A stretch of 64,000 bases of DNA from Caldisericia bacterium (GTDB lineage: Bacteria; Caldisericota; Caldisericia; JAAYUI01). The stretch spans positions 640,001 to 704,000 of the forward strand of contig OY771555.1 in NCBI GenBank assembly GCA_963674785.1, given 5' to 3'. Within the stretch, counting starts at the first letter, position 1. Every line of letters begins with the position of its first letter. The notes beneath the pieces are model-generated. The model saw only the letters and a list, made by a program, of their open reading frames with translations, was not told the origin of the DNA and did not search any database. Positions 49,401 to 59,524 of this stretch are shown one piece after another. A program made the position numbers and the translations under genes.

Positions 49401-52400
49401 CCAGACATGTGGCTTTATCAGATGCCTCTCTACGGTATCACAATGGGAAGAAACTGCAAATTCCAGTACACAGACATGATCGTTGCCCCAGGCACAACTG
49501 GAATGCAGGTTGAAATCGATAAACCTCTCAAGGTTGAGCAGACCAGCCAGATTGATATTTCTTTCTCCCCACCACCAGCAAAAGAAAGATTTGATGAGTT
49601 TGGTAACTATCACCCAGAAGAAGTTATCTATGTAGTAATCGAGAATGTTGGTAGCCCAGGCTACAATGACATTAACGAAATGTATAGGGTGGTTTCAGGC
49701 AGACAGCCAACCGCTCGCTTCCAGTTCACACCATATAGAGGTTCATGTCCAAACTCAGGAAACTCAGACTTCGTGAACTACCTCGATGAAGATTCAAACT
49801 ACTATGTAAGAATCAGATCTTACAGAGACTTGAACCCATCATGTGAGAACCCAATTTGTAACACAGGTGAAGTTGCTGATTGCACAGACCCAAAGAGCAA
49901 CGTTGCCCCACTCGACAGAAAATATAACGACCCATGGTGGTACAAGAGAACACAGGCTGACCCAACAATGATCGAGGGTAGACCACTCCGCGACTATCAG
50001 AAGGGTGTTGAGATTTGTGCTCCATCACCAATGCCACCACTCCCATATGCATTGGAAGATTCATATGACTGTTATGTTGAGAAGAAATATCTCATCTCAC
50101 CAGAAGACATTGATGTTCTTCCATCAGTTGCCTGTTTGCAGACACTTGACCAGAGATTCCCAAATTTCAGTGTTACACTTACAGACGCTGACAACCCAGA
50201 CGATGTAAACGATCCAGCAGGAATGAGAATCTCCGTTCCACTTACTGATGATACAAATGTTGATCAGGCATACGGAAGAGAAGATTATCTCATCGCCACA
50301 TACAATGGACATGGCGGCGGAATCGACTGGATTGGTACTGCAATCGACAACAACGGAACAGCACAGAGAAAGTACATCCTCCAGGCAAACGAAGATGGAA
50401 CATATCTCTATTGGTACTGGCTTGAGCCAAACCCAATCACCTCCGGTATCGTTGGCGCAGTCAATCCAAATGCAGCACCACAGCTCGAGGGTGTCCTTGA
50501 TTCAAACGACCTCCTCATTGGTCGTGACTTCACCGGTATTGTTAACTGGACAGTTGTTGATGGAAAATATAAACCATCAATTCCTGCAGACGAGAGAGTT
50601 TGCAGAACTCCAGTTCATGTTGATGACAAAGAATACTGGAAAGACAGCGATTGCTCAGCAAAATACACAACATGTTCAGCCTGCTCAATCGAAGGACTTA
50701 AACCAATGGGTGAAGTCACAGGTAGACATGCAAACTGGAATGCTTACAGAGACACATTCAACAACCGTGTTTCACACCTCGCAAGTGACTACTATGGACA
50801 CTTTGATGGTGTAGGACCACTCAACAGCTTCACCAATGCAAGAGCTTGGATTGCCGGTATCAACCCAGCTTATGACATCGGTGGACCAAACCAGATGCTT
50901 TGGACAGGTCCATGGGCATCAGGATTTGGTGTACAGACACTCGTAACCTCATACGGACAGACAGAAGACGAAGATCCAGGTGGAGATGCTCTCATCGCCA
51001 TCCTTCCAAGAGACGGAAGAACACATCTCAACCTTCAGGTTTACACTGTCAACGCAATCTATGACTACAACTCAACAATTCCACATCCAGCAGATGGTAC
51101 ATCACCATACTTCGTAATCGATCCACTCAAAAACGAAGGTATCGACTATTGTGGTACCGCAGACATCAAAGTTTACCAGCCAGACCCATATGTAAACTTT
51201 GCAGAATGGCAGATTGTTGACCATGCACTCCAGTATTCAGAAGTTGATTATACAGCTGGAACTGGTGCACTTCACGATCTCAGAGTCCCAACACCACAGA
51301 TTCAGTCACCATACAATCCAATCCTTAGAACATCCAAGGGTGGATTCAGATGTTACCCAGGTGGACAGACTCATACCGGTAGAGTTACAGGTGGAACATT
51401 CGGAGTTGGCGGAGCATTCGGTTGGAACGCATATCCAGCAATCTTCGATAACAAATTCTACAAGCTCGGAACAGAGTTCTTCCCACTTACAGACTATGGT
51501 ATCTACTTCATCCTTAAAGATGGCGAAGGCAGACATCTTTCCTTCGACCCATGCTGGCCAGTAGACCTTAGAATCAAGAGAATCGAAATCGTTGGACCAT
51601 TTGCAAGACCAAGAATCTGGGACATCGACGAAAATTCAGTATTACCAAAATACAAACAGTGGGGACTTGAAAACGTACCAATCCAGTATGACTGGTCTGG
51701 TGAAATCGTTATCGACTCAAACAACTGGAAAGATTACGAGTACAGAGGAGTCGACAGCAACGGAACAGGACTTCCACTCGACTTTACAAACAGATCACAC
51801 TTTGGTGACGTAACACTTCCGTCACCAAACCCATGGCTTGTCTACAACGGCAGACTTGACTACACAATGGTCGGAGAATGCTCAGAGCCAAGCTCATATG
51901 ATAACCTCTTTGTTGTCGACGAAATCATTCCATGGAACTACGGCAAAATCCTTATTTACGTAACTCTTTGGGATGGAACATTCAAGATGTACCAGGATTG
52001 CTGTGTATCTCCACCAGTTGATGGTATTGATGTACAGGCACTCGCAATGTCACTCGAGATCGAAGAAGATCCAGAGAGAGACAAAGCATTTATCCAGCTT
52101 GATGATGATGGCACAATTATGATGCCACAGCAGACCTTCAATGTAACTCTTGCAGAGCATCATGATCTTGAAAAAGGTCAGAAGCCACAGCCAGAGTGGT
52201 TTGACAGCGAAGGTGACGAAGTTTCAGAATGTAACGACGCTCTTATGTACGTATGGCAGGACAGAGGAACAATGAAACGTGGAACCGGCACACTCCTTTA
52301 TGGTGCAGGTGACGGTTGGGTTTCAATGGCTCCAACATCCTCATTGCTTACATTCCACCCAGAACAGTATGAAGAACCAGACGACATTAATGAAGATGGA

Positions 52401-55400
52401 AAAATCACATTTAATGACTGGGAAACAGAAATTCTTGGAACATACGACATGGCAACCAATACATGGGCAGCCGGTATCATTGATGCAAGAACCTTCCAGA
52501 GAAACGATGGACTCTACAAGTTCAGCCTCAACGAAAACACCGCAATGGTAGATACCGTTGGTCTTGACTTTGGTGGCGAAGTTACAGTTGACGAACAGGA
52601 CCACTTGATCGCAAGAAACGAAGTCCTTCCACTTTACATCACAGCATACAAATATGGTGATGATGATGTAGACAGAGCATTCACACCAATGTGGGATTAT
52701 GAACCACAGGCACAGCAGACAGAAACAACAAGACGTTACAGTCATGAAGTTTACCTTGCAGCCCAGATGGCAGTTCCAATTGAACCAGAATGTGACCTTA
52801 CAGTAACAGTAACACCAGAGAGACTTACAGCTGGTGTCACACCAGAGCTTGTTGACGTTACAAAACCACTCACATTCAACGTCATGAAAGACTCAGCACC
52901 AATGAACCTCCTTGAAGGTATCGCAGATGACTGGGGTAACACAGAGGTCAAAGAAGAAGACGCATGGAACCACCTCTTCTATGATCCACATCCAGACAAC
53001 GAATACTTCTATGGATATGATGCATCACTTCCACAGTACTACTGGGTAAGAACTGACCTCCATAATGACGACGGAACAGAGATTTGTAACTCCGAACTCT
53101 ATGGTCTCAGAAACGACCCATCAGGTCCAGTTGTTGTTCCATTCAACCCAATCGAAGCAGACTTCAGCAACTCCGCTGAGGGTTCATATGTCTTCAAGGG
53201 ATTCTGTGCCAACGACAACAACCAGTACATGGAAGACTTCCCGAACTATGACGACAAAACAATGGATCCAAATGTTGAAGATCCAGAGGAATGGTGGAGA
53301 GAGAAACACGCATTCTACGTAAGAATCTACTCACCAGACAGAAGACACGCCGGTTGCGTAAACCTTGACGTTTACTCACCAGACGTAACATACCAGATTA
53401 CAAACTTTGAGAACAAGGGCGAAATCCATGAGTCACCAGGTGACCCAGACTTCGTTATGACAGCAGCAGATAACAGAAGATATATCGTCAAGGTAACAGC
53501 AAGAGACGCAATGGGCGTACTCCTTAAAGGTGTTACCAAGGGCGTCAGCGTCTGCGGTGGCGGTGTCAAGAATACCGCAAGATTCCTTCCATTCTCAACA
53601 AGACCACAGTCATTCGACTTCACATTCGAACAGTGCATGGCTCCACCATGCTGCACACCAGTTGAGCTTCACATTGGTTATGACATTGTTCCAGATGGCG
53701 ACATCACAAGAACAGATAAAGAACTCTACCTCCTTTCAGGGTTCTCAATGAATAAGTCAACCAGTGCAACAACATGCTCAGGTTCAGCATCATCAGTCTC
53801 CATGGGTTCAATCCGCTACAACACCACCAACAAGTGGTATTGGGGAGACAACAAGTGGGACGTCACAATCGAAGATGGCGACGAAGTAATGCCATGGGTT
53901 GCATGGGATCTTCCACCACCAGTCGAAGGCTGGGGCGCAGGTTCAATCTACAACCATTGCTGGTACGGCGGATTCCTCTTCGCAGACTTCAACGAAGACG
54001 GAAAACTTTCATACCTCGACGAACTTGGACTTGATGTTAACGCACAGACAGAATTCCACATCTGGGCAGAAGACATCGCATACATCGGTGGACTTGTTGG
54101 TGACAACGAATACGTCAACACCCCAGCATATGCTGACCTTGCCGGATTCCCACCATTCAACGACAAAACCGACCCAAGATACACAGAGAAGAGATTCAGA
54201 AACATGTATACCAACGACGAAACCTTCTTTGTTGACTGGGAAGCACCACCAAAGAACGTCGCACTCATCGACTCACCACTCATTACCATCCTCAGAGCAG
54301 AAGACAGAATGCCACTTGGCAAAGATATGTTCGATCCAGAGAACTACGATCTTACATATGCATTAGACAACCACATCATCGCAGTTGTCAGCCCAGCTGA
54401 CTACTCTGACGAAGCAATGAAGCCAAATTCAAGAGTTTACATGTCTGGTAACCAGCATGAGACAACAGTCTTTGGACACACAGAAGTTTCAGAAGAGTTC
54501 GAAGGTGCAGTTGAAACAACAATCGAATTCAAACCAACTGGTGTAGGAACAGCCGTTGCTGAACTTACATTCATGTCACCAAACGAGAACTATCTCAAGG
54601 GTGAACTCCAGTTCGTTGTACCAGAATGGTACTCAGTTAGAAAACATGGTATGAAGAGTGTTGCCGGATACGGTGATGATGCATCCGAGTGGAGAAAACA
54701 CAGAGACGCAGAAGAAGCCGAAAAGGGATACCCAGAATACTACATGGAAGATTGGAACCCATGGACATTTGACGCAGGCAAAGGACTTACAATTGAGCTC
54801 TACAAGGAAGGCGAAATCTTCCCACAGACCAAGGGTAAACTCATTGCAATCGTCAAAGAAGCCGGAACAAACATGCCTGTCCCAGGAGCAAAAGTAGTCT
54901 TTACAGGTGCTGGCGTTGATGTCGAAAAAGAGACAAACAACGACGGTGAAGTACTTGTTGAAGTTACTCCAGACGAAATGGGATTCATCAAAGCAAAAGC
55001 TTCAAAAACAGAATATCTTGGTTCACCAACAGCAACAATTGCTGTCTCCAGAGATGTTACACCTCCAAGCCTTGTCGTTGATCCGGTGAAAACACCAACC
55101 AACAGCAAGACTCAGACACTCACAGGTGTTGCAGAGCCAGGTTCAACCGTTCTTGTCAATGGCAAGAAAGCAACAGTTGGACCAGATGGAAAATGGTCAA
55201 TTGATGTTGAGCTTAGCGAAGGCGACAATGTATTCTCAATCATCGTCAAAGATGCTGCAGGAAACACAACACAGCAGTCAATAACAGTCAAACTCGACAC
55301 AACACCTCCAGACATCCTTGTTGAGCCATTCGAGTCTGTACTTGAAGGCACAGAGTATACAATCGTTGGAAGAGTTGAGCCAGGTTCAAAAGTTTGGGTC

Positions 55401-55934
55401 AATGGAACTGAAGCAGAAGTCGTCAACGACTTCTTCAGAATCACAATCCCACTTAAAGAAGCTCCATCATTCACACCAGTAAACATCACTGCTGAAGATG
55501 CAGCTGGTAACAAAGCAGAGCATGAAACGATGAGAATTGAAAATGTTGGTATGCTCAACATGAAGCTTTGGATTGGTGCACCAGACATGGAAGTCAATGG
55601 TGAAACTAAAACGCTTGATGTTCCAGCACAGATTGTTTCCGGAAGAACAATGGTTCCACTTAGAGCTGTTGCAGATGGTTTTAACGCTGAGACTGAGTGG
55701 GTTGCCGCAACAAAAACTGTTGTAGTTAAATACGGTGACCTAACAATTGAACTCCCAGTTGGCAACAGTACTGCAACTATTAATGGTGTCGCAGTTGAAT
55801 TGGAAGTTCCAGCACAGATTCTTGATGGAAGAACAATGGTTCCATTTAGATTCATTGCCGAAGCATTTGAAGCTGAAGTTGCATGGCTTGGCGATGAGCG
55901 CGCAGTAACAGTTAAAAAAGCAATCTATCCATAA
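46458..55934 (+). CDS. Giant secreted surface protein 2 (~3158 aa) with Ig-like domains and C-terminal copper-amine-oxidase N-terminal (stalk) domain
   Basis: AAAGGAGA RBS, signal peptide MKKIIGFMIALFLVASS; GRTMVPLRAVA..F.A..EW and GRTMVPFRFIAEAF repeats; paralog of 21229-30477. Confidence 0.9.
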   Translation: MKKIIGFMIALFLVASSLVVPGMMIETTSAAETDVPAIFIANRWAPVGARWNGNSLVAERTREFDGVGTSWGTTQYKMPGPGATMEINPMSAPNGVVINVTPDRITAPFPSVADDQRYSIPMYWTEFYLRVEPAMGESQEYERWYAVVDDMGQLWFDPDGRFHDGRYCATADPNTEAYKYFGGTGNDNCKNNPHTKVDPSNANNTQGPYLYMPTTLYGFFNYGVRVSEPGSYTDPSNYPLFDTDPETGGLFFVPDPDRTHGTKRTFQVGYNDMPDFPLLRDGASTITLAGISRPNIPAIGTNLVDTVVGVTTVIRDTTVLPYETDEIDDWDVSLPYVRFVDGYDASIAIPPLPPSFPPGPPGAYDDNLMPPLVDLNNYFAVDNDLFEYGEEWHSANIVLDPPPNQAGQPMQNFTGVRMDIYDPGEWIYRAGMNFMAIAPNLQAVHGYDYTNPVETYDYAYFGCTRLTPVSMRYNGQFFNYAPGSIVRDATNGGQYGTYEEGDDVDLLDPVTLQSPHLLYRFPLADSNFQGPGTGPSTLQHEAYETVHLDNYNYNANERCTSGANYYDPYEGIYMKSNQSGGETSIQPGDWRLTNVNGNSYSIDAWMGWIGRDGGTLPAAGGTEERLFSLGGMWHGDVLVLSEIVTGGCDSPEYNLSVQTDVWEGMIPSETCAALRSPNDDFDRLAQNVQKNAVLDPTGTNFQYPTTVFQDMKFGYREFVGVQVWHDDNKDCNLGLQETGPVPPGENLFMLNLADDYIQGRTGEAHIGMADGYAAKDVGRTLSQFWAENIDPSFNGYGLGDNWNGPLTPVEPGPRFYDTHNAGGYTNGGVVNLNMYGVGEAIYYDTDANYDISAGDVRMSDVTVQRGNGTFAEIVKYNKGSIVTAGDADVNMRNGVGDDLSEFVPVMNPAGQVIYWPMYFDERIEDVVNPGKYFEVNGRFDTDEAIYDASYTGYAVVAPGFQRLTEINLGGVTYAAGSTIEQPDMWLYQMPLYGITMGRNCKFQYTDMIVAPGTTGMQVEIDKPLKVEQTSQIDISFSPPPAKERFDEFGNYHPEEVIYVVIENVGSPGYNDINEMYRVVSGRQPTARFQFTPYRGSCPNSGNSDFVNYLDEDSNYYVRIRSYRDLNPSCENPICNTGEVADCTDPKSNVAPLDRKYNDPWWYKRTQADPTMIEGRPLRDYQKGVEICAPSPMPPLPYALEDSYDCYVEKKYLISPEDIDVLPSVACLQTLDQRFPNFSVTLTDADNPDDVNDPAGMRISVPLTDDTNVDQAYGREDYLIATYNGHGGGIDWIGTAIDNNGTAQRKYILQANEDGTYLYWYWLEPNPITSGIVGAVNPNAAPQLEGVLDSNDLLIGRDFTGIVNWTVVDGKYKPSIPADERVCRTPVHVDDKEYWKDSDCSAKYTTCSACSIEGLKPMGEVTGRHANWNAYRDTFNNRVSHLASDYYGHFDGVGPLNSFTNARAWIAGINPAYDIGGPNQMLWTGPWASGFGVQTLVTSYGQTEDEDPGGDALIAILPRDGRTHLNLQVYTVNAIYDYNSTIPHPADGTSPYFVIDPLKNEGIDYCGTADIKVYQPDPYVNFAEWQIVDHALQYSEVDYTAGTGALHDLRVPTPQIQSPYNPILRTSKGGFRCYPGGQTHTGRVTGGTFGVGGAFGWNAYPAIFDNKFYKLGTEFFPLTDYGIYFILKDGEGRHLSFDPCWPVDLRIKRIEIVGPFARPRIWDIDENSVLPKYKQWGLENVPIQYDWSGEIVIDSNNWKDYEYRGVDSNGTGLPLDFTNRSHFGDVTLPSPNPWLVYNGRLDYTMVGECSEPSSYDNLFVVDEIIPWNYGKILIYVTLWDGTFKMYQDCCVSPPVDGIDVQALAMSLEIEEDPERDKAFIQLDDDGTIMMPQQTFNVTLAEHHDLEKGQKPQPEWFDSEGDEVSECNDALMYVWQDRGTMKRGTGTLLYGAGDGWVSMAPTSSLLTFHPEQYEEPDDINEDGKITFNDWETEILGTYDMATNTWAAGIIDARTFQRNDGLYKFSLNENTAMVDTVGLDFGGEVTVDEQDHLIARNEVLPLYITAYKYGDDDVDRAFTPMWDYEPQAQQTETTRRYSHEVYLAAQMAVPIEPECDLTVTVTPERLTAGVTPELVDVTKPLTFNVMKDSAPMNLLEGIADDWGNTEVKEEDAWNHLFYDPHPDNEYFYGYDASLPQYYWVRTDLHNDDGTEICNSELYGLRNDPSGPVVVPFNPIEADFSNSAEGSYVFKGFCANDNNQYMEDFPNYDDKTMDPNVEDPEEWWREKHAFYVRIYSPDRRHAGCVNLDVYSPDVTYQITNFENKGEIHESPGDPDFVMTAADNRRYIVKVTARDAMGVLLKGVTKGVSVCGGGVKNTARFLPFSTRPQSFDFTFEQCMAPPCCTPVELHIGYDIVPDGDITRTDKELYLLSGFSMNKSTSATTCSGSASSVSMGSIRYNTTNKWYWGDNKWDVTIEDGDEVMPWVAWDLPPPVEGWGAGSIYNHCWYGGFLFADFNEDGKLSYLDELGLDVNAQTEFHIWAEDIAYIGGLVGDNEYVNTPAYADLAGFPPFNDKTDPRYTEKRFRNMYTNDETFFVDWEAPPKNVALIDSPLITILRAEDRMPLGKDMFDPENYDLTYALDNHIIAVVSPADYSDEAMKPNSRVYMSGNQHETTVFGHTEVSEEFEGAVETTIEFKPTGVGTAVAELTFMSPNENYLKGELQFVVPEWYSVRKHGMKSVAGYGDDASEWRKHRDAEEAEKGYPEYYMEDWNPWTFDAGKGLTIELYKEGEIFPQTKGKLIAIVKEAGTNMPVPGAKVVFTGAGVDVEKETNNDGEVLVEVTPDEMGFIKAKASKTEYLGSPTATIAVSRDVTPPSLVVDPVKTPTNSKTQTLTGVAEPGSTVLVNGKKATVGPDGKWSIDVELSEGDNVFSIIVKDAAGNTTQQSITVKLDTTPPDILVEPFESVLEGTEYTIVGRVEPGSKVWVNGTEAEVVNDFFRITIPLKEAPSFTPVNITAEDAAGNKAEHETMRIENVGMLNMKLWIGAPDMEVNGETKTLDVPAQIVSGRTMVPLRAVADGFNAETEWVAATKTVVVKYGDLTIELPVGNSTATINGVAVELEVPAQILDGRTMVPFRFIAEAFEAEVAWLGDERAVTVKKAIYP

Positions 55935-55986
55935 TCGGGTAATTACTTTTTGAATGAAGACTTACTGTCTCTAAAGCAGTAACTAC

Positions 55987-56018
55987 AAAGACCCCCAAGA
56001 AATTGGGGGTCTTTTTTT
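55987..56018 (+). terminator. Intrinsic terminator after giant protein 2
   Basis: aaagacccccaa-gaaa-ttgggggtcttttttt. Confidence 0.92.
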
Positions 56019-56169
56019 ATTGGATCGGTTATGATTTGATATTTGGGAAAATATTACACTTTTTTTGACAAACTTTTTTTGAAACTGAATTACCCTTTAA
56101 GCTGTATGAATTCACATGAAGAAATCTTCCTTACTTCAAAAAGCTGATACTGGTGTTATCATCTCACAC

Positions 56170-56838
56170 ATGATAAGAAAAAAATTTCTTGCCATTATTT
56201 GTTTACTGGTTTTCATAAGCCTTTTGTCCTGTGGGCAAAAGATTCGAGTTGATGAGACTGTTACCCGGAAAGATGTTACACTCCCAGCAAGTTTTGAGGT
56301 TGTCGATGTGAAAACAGATGGTGCTGAGTTTGTTATTTCTGTTAAGAAAGATGATCTGGTTTACCAGTTTGTGGTAACTGATGATGCAGCGATATACTAC
56401 AACTCAGGCACGGTTTCAAAGGCTTTACTTAAAAAAGGTCAGGAGGTATATGTTTCGGGTGAGGATGCTGATAGTATTTCCTCGATAATCATTACAAACT
56501 GGCCTGGAATGGTAAGCGTTTCTGAGAAACCCATGGTAAAAACTGAATATGTCAATGTTACAGTTCTGCTTTCAAATTACCTTTTTGATAATCATCCAGA
56601 GCTTGGTATCATACCCGATTCAAAGTGGATTTTGGATGATTCAATTTCAGTTGATGACCCACCAAACCATGTTGATTTTTATCGGTTTGATAGGCATATT
56701 TTGGTTATCAAGTGGCGAGAACACGATTTCCCTGATTACAATATGATGCTTGTTTCGCACCTGGAGGGTGCTGCGTATTGGAGTGGAAGACTAAATGAAT
56801 ATGGAGAGTTTGAGGAGAGTTTTTATGAAGCACAGTAG
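56170..56838 (+). CDS. Lipoprotein, hypothetical
   Basis: MIRKKFLAIICLLVFISLLS-C lipobox; ORF track starts at 56116. Confidence 0.75.
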   Translation: MIRKKFLAIICLLVFISLLSCGQKIRVDETVTRKDVTLPASFEVVDVKTDGAEFVISVKKDDLVYQFVVTDDAAIYYNSGTVSKALLKKGQEVYVSGEDADSISSIIITNWPGMVSVSEKPMVKTEYVNVTVLLSNYLFDNHPELGIIPDSKWILDDSISVDDPPNHVDFYRFDRHILVIKWREHDFPDYNMMLVSHLEGAAYWSGRLNEYGEFEESFYEAQ

Positions 56839-57559
56839 ATTTTTGGTTTTTGTATTGCTTTTAGTGATGACAATTTCTGTTATCGGTTGTGGTGGGGCAG
56901 ATGACCAAAACAATAATTCAACCGAAGATACTGATTCAACCGATGAAACTTCGAAGGTGGAGAATGTCGTGAACCACAAACTGCCGGTGGAAGGGTTTGT
57001 TGGACAGTTTGATGGCGAGAATAACTCCTTTGTGCTTGCAACACTACCAAAAAGTGAAGGCCAAGCACCAGGACAAATCTCAATAAACTTTGACAATGGG
57101 ATTTCACTTGTTGATTTGGATGGAGTGGATACGACTATAAAAGATTATGATAGAGTAAGGATTGATGAGGGAGAAACTACATCATCTGGAATAACAGCAA
57201 CAAAGATCACGCTACTTAAGAGCTCAAAGGCGTCTGAATACGCTAAGCTTATTTCGGACAATAAAATATCAACCATGGGTTCAGATGACTACCTTAGTGT
57301 ACCGTCGATTTTGAAATCATCGATTGGTGCTGATTTACCAAAATCATTCCCAGGTGCTGCTGCATGGACGGTACATCTACCAAAGGATCACCCAACAATT
57401 AAAGGTGCAAAAATAATCGAGCTTGTAAGTGGGAATTGGTCGATATATCTGCTTTCAAATCCTGAAACAGAAGAGAAGTATTCAGTGACAATCACAGATC
57501 GAAATGAGTTTGAGTGGACTGGAATTATAACAGAGGATGACAAGGTAGAGCAAAGATAG
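56825..57559 (+). CDS. Lipoprotein, hypothetical
   Basis: GAGGAG RBS, lipobox VIG-C. Confidence 0.8.
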   Translation: MKHSRFLVFVLLLVMTISVIGCGGADDQNNNSTEDTDSTDETSKVENVVNHKLPVEGFVGQFDGENNSFVLATLPKSEGQAPGQISINFDNGISLVDLDGVDTTIKDYDRVRIDEGETTSSGITATKITLLKSSKASEYAKLISDNKISTMGSDDYLSVPSILKSSIGADLPKSFPGAAAWTVHLPKDHPTIKGAKIIELVSGNWSIYLLSNPETEEKYSVTITDRNEFEWTGIITEDDKVEQR

Positions 57560-57595
57560 CAGGACAAAAAAATCAACACATATTCTAAGCACACA

Positions 57596-57626
57596 AATCC
57601 CTCGGAAAACTTCGGGGGATTTTTTT
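57596..57626 (+). terminator. Intrinsic terminator
   Basis: aatccctcgg-aaaa-cttcggggattttttt. Confidence 0.75.
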
Positions 57627-57994
57627 GTTCACCTTTTTATCATTTTGACCTTATTTGTATTCCTGTCGATTTTTTTAGTAACTCACCGTATCTCCTCTAT
57701 CATCTGCACCCTTGCCTTCCTCTGTTATCCCGCACTTTATGGGGGATGGAAATGACCAGATTTTCTTAACGTCTTTCCAGCGAATCCTGGAAACCCGGGT
57801 ATAGAAAAACGTATTTTTTTGTCTGGAAAATAATTCCTCTTTCATCAAAAATGACTGAATGAGTAATACACGTATCAAAAACAACCCGGGATTTCTGGTC
57901 GTAGCCAGGAATGATGTTTTGTGGAATTTATCTTTGATTTCTCTCCCGTTTTACACATAATATAAGCTATAAAGAAAAGCTTGGGAGGTAAGAT

Positions 57995-59425
57995 ATGAAA
58001 CTGAAAAATACTCTTGTTATTGTGGGGATAGTTGTTGTTGCCTGCATAATTGCTTACTTATTGTTCACCAATGTTTATTTGAAAATGCCACATCCAGCGA
58101 ATGTCAGTCGCGATAAAGACTATTCATATGAACCAATAATGCTTTTGGATTCAGATGATAACCCACACATAATCTGGGAAAGTGATGATGCAGATGGTGA
58201 TCTTTGGGACTCGGAAATCTATTATACCAAATGGAATGGTGAGAACTGGGTGAATGATAAAGGAGAAATTGTTGATAAATATAGGATAAATCTAAATATA
58301 AGTGAAAACTCATTTGATTCAGGATTAGGATATTTTTTCCTGGATTCTAAAAATTACCCGCATGTTCTGTGGTTTGATTCCCGGGTGTTGGGTGGAGGGC
58401 ATACAGTTTACAGAAAGTGGGATGAAAATGGCTGGGTTGACATCAAAGGTTCTACTGAATCAACCTATTACTCGGATTTTGATAATCCAATCGGCACCTC
58501 TGATGTTGTTATGGATAGTGATGACAACTTGCATGTTATTACACATGTATCAGTCCCAAGAGGGGATACTTTTGATTATCGAATAGGGTATCTAAAAAGG
58601 ATTGATGGAAAATGGATTAATATTTTCGGGGATGAATACTCTAAAGATAATGATTTTCTCGGTATTGTGATTCCATCGATAGTTGATTTAAAGATTCAAG
58701 TTGATTCTAGTGGTTATCCCTGCATCCTATGGACGGATGATGACTATGATACCGATGGGTTTATATATTTTATAAGGTGGAATGGTGAAGATTGGGTGAA
58801 TGTGGCAGGCGAGTCTTGCAATATCGGTTTTGAAAATTCCAGGATTTACGACAAACTTGTAGATATCTTTAGAGTGGATTTCATGCTTGATAGTGACGAT
58901 AACCCTCATATTTTCATGAATTATTTCTCTGAAAAAATTGAAGAATATGACTATTGTCTTTTGATTTATTATGTGAAATGGGATGGCAAAAAATGGATAA
59001 ATGAAAAAGGAACCATTAAAAACTCCTTTGATGAAAAAAACTGGTCATTGAAGATGGGATACTCTGATTCCTTGGTATTTTCATTTGACCTGGATTCAAA
59101 AAATCAACCACATATATGTTTTTCTAGCTGGGTCGAAAATATCGGTACAAACATCTATTATGCACATCTGGATGGAGATACCTGGAAAACTGCATCCGGT
59201 GAATTTTTTGATAAAGATATGAAGAGCGGATCTTTAAGTCAAAATTATTATTCATCATGGCAGCCATCGCTTGCAATTGACTCAGATGATTTTCCCCATA
59301 TCTGCTGGCGCGATAATCTTAGGTGGGAAACATATGATGAGATAATGTATGTCAAATGGAATGGTGAATCCTGGGTTTGTGCAGATGGCACACCATATAA
59401 ACCAAGCAGATATAAAGGGGAATAA
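57995..59425 (+). CDS. Membrane-anchored repeat (propeller-like) protein, array C member 1
   Basis: GGAGG RBS, N-terminal TM, ~7 repeats of LDS...PHI.W...Y..W.G..W....G. Confidence 0.85.
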   Translation: MKLKNTLVIVGIVVVACIIAYLLFTNVYLKMPHPANVSRDKDYSYEPIMLLDSDDNPHIIWESDDADGDLWDSEIYYTKWNGENWVNDKGEIVDKYRINLNISENSFDSGLGYFFLDSKNYPHVLWFDSRVLGGGHTVYRKWDENGWVDIKGSTESTYYSDFDNPIGTSDVVMDSDDNLHVITHVSVPRGDTFDYRIGYLKRIDGKWINIFGDEYSKDNDFLGIVIPSIVDLKIQVDSSGYPCILWTDDDYDTDGFIYFIRWNGEDWVNVAGESCNIGFENSRIYDKLVDIFRVDFMLDSDDNPHIFMNYFSEKIEEYDYCLLIYYVKWDGKKWINEKGTIKNSFDEKNWSLKMGYSDSLVFSFDLDSKNQPHICFSSWVENIGTNIYYAHLDGDTWKTASGEFFDKDMKSGSLSQNYYSSWQPSLAIDSDDFPHICWRDNLRWETYDEIMYVKWNGESWVCADGTPYKPSRYKGE

Positions 59426-59454
59426 TTGAAATTCATCTGCGCACTCATTGTTGT
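59426..59454 (+). pseudogene. 5' fragment of a VOC/glyoxalase allele
   Basis: ttgaaattcatctgcgcactcattgttgt (LKFICALIVV) vs atgaaattcatctgctcattaattgttgt (MKFICSLIVV) at 62338. Confidence 0.75.
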
Positions 59455-59524
59455 AGGAAGGTTTATAAAGTGTCTTATTTTTTGAGATATGTATATATCA
59501 GATAGGAGGATGAGGCGGAAAAAA

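Noticed and set aside
21368-55855. Numerous 60-250 aa alternative-frame and antisense ORFs inside the giant genes
   Set aside because: By-products of strong codon bias; no RBS or protein-like features.
57675-57884. 69-aa ORF or possible gene remnant (RIRWKDVKKIW)
   Set aside because: Flanked and overlapped by REP-like hairpins, no RBS; cannot be supported without a homology search.
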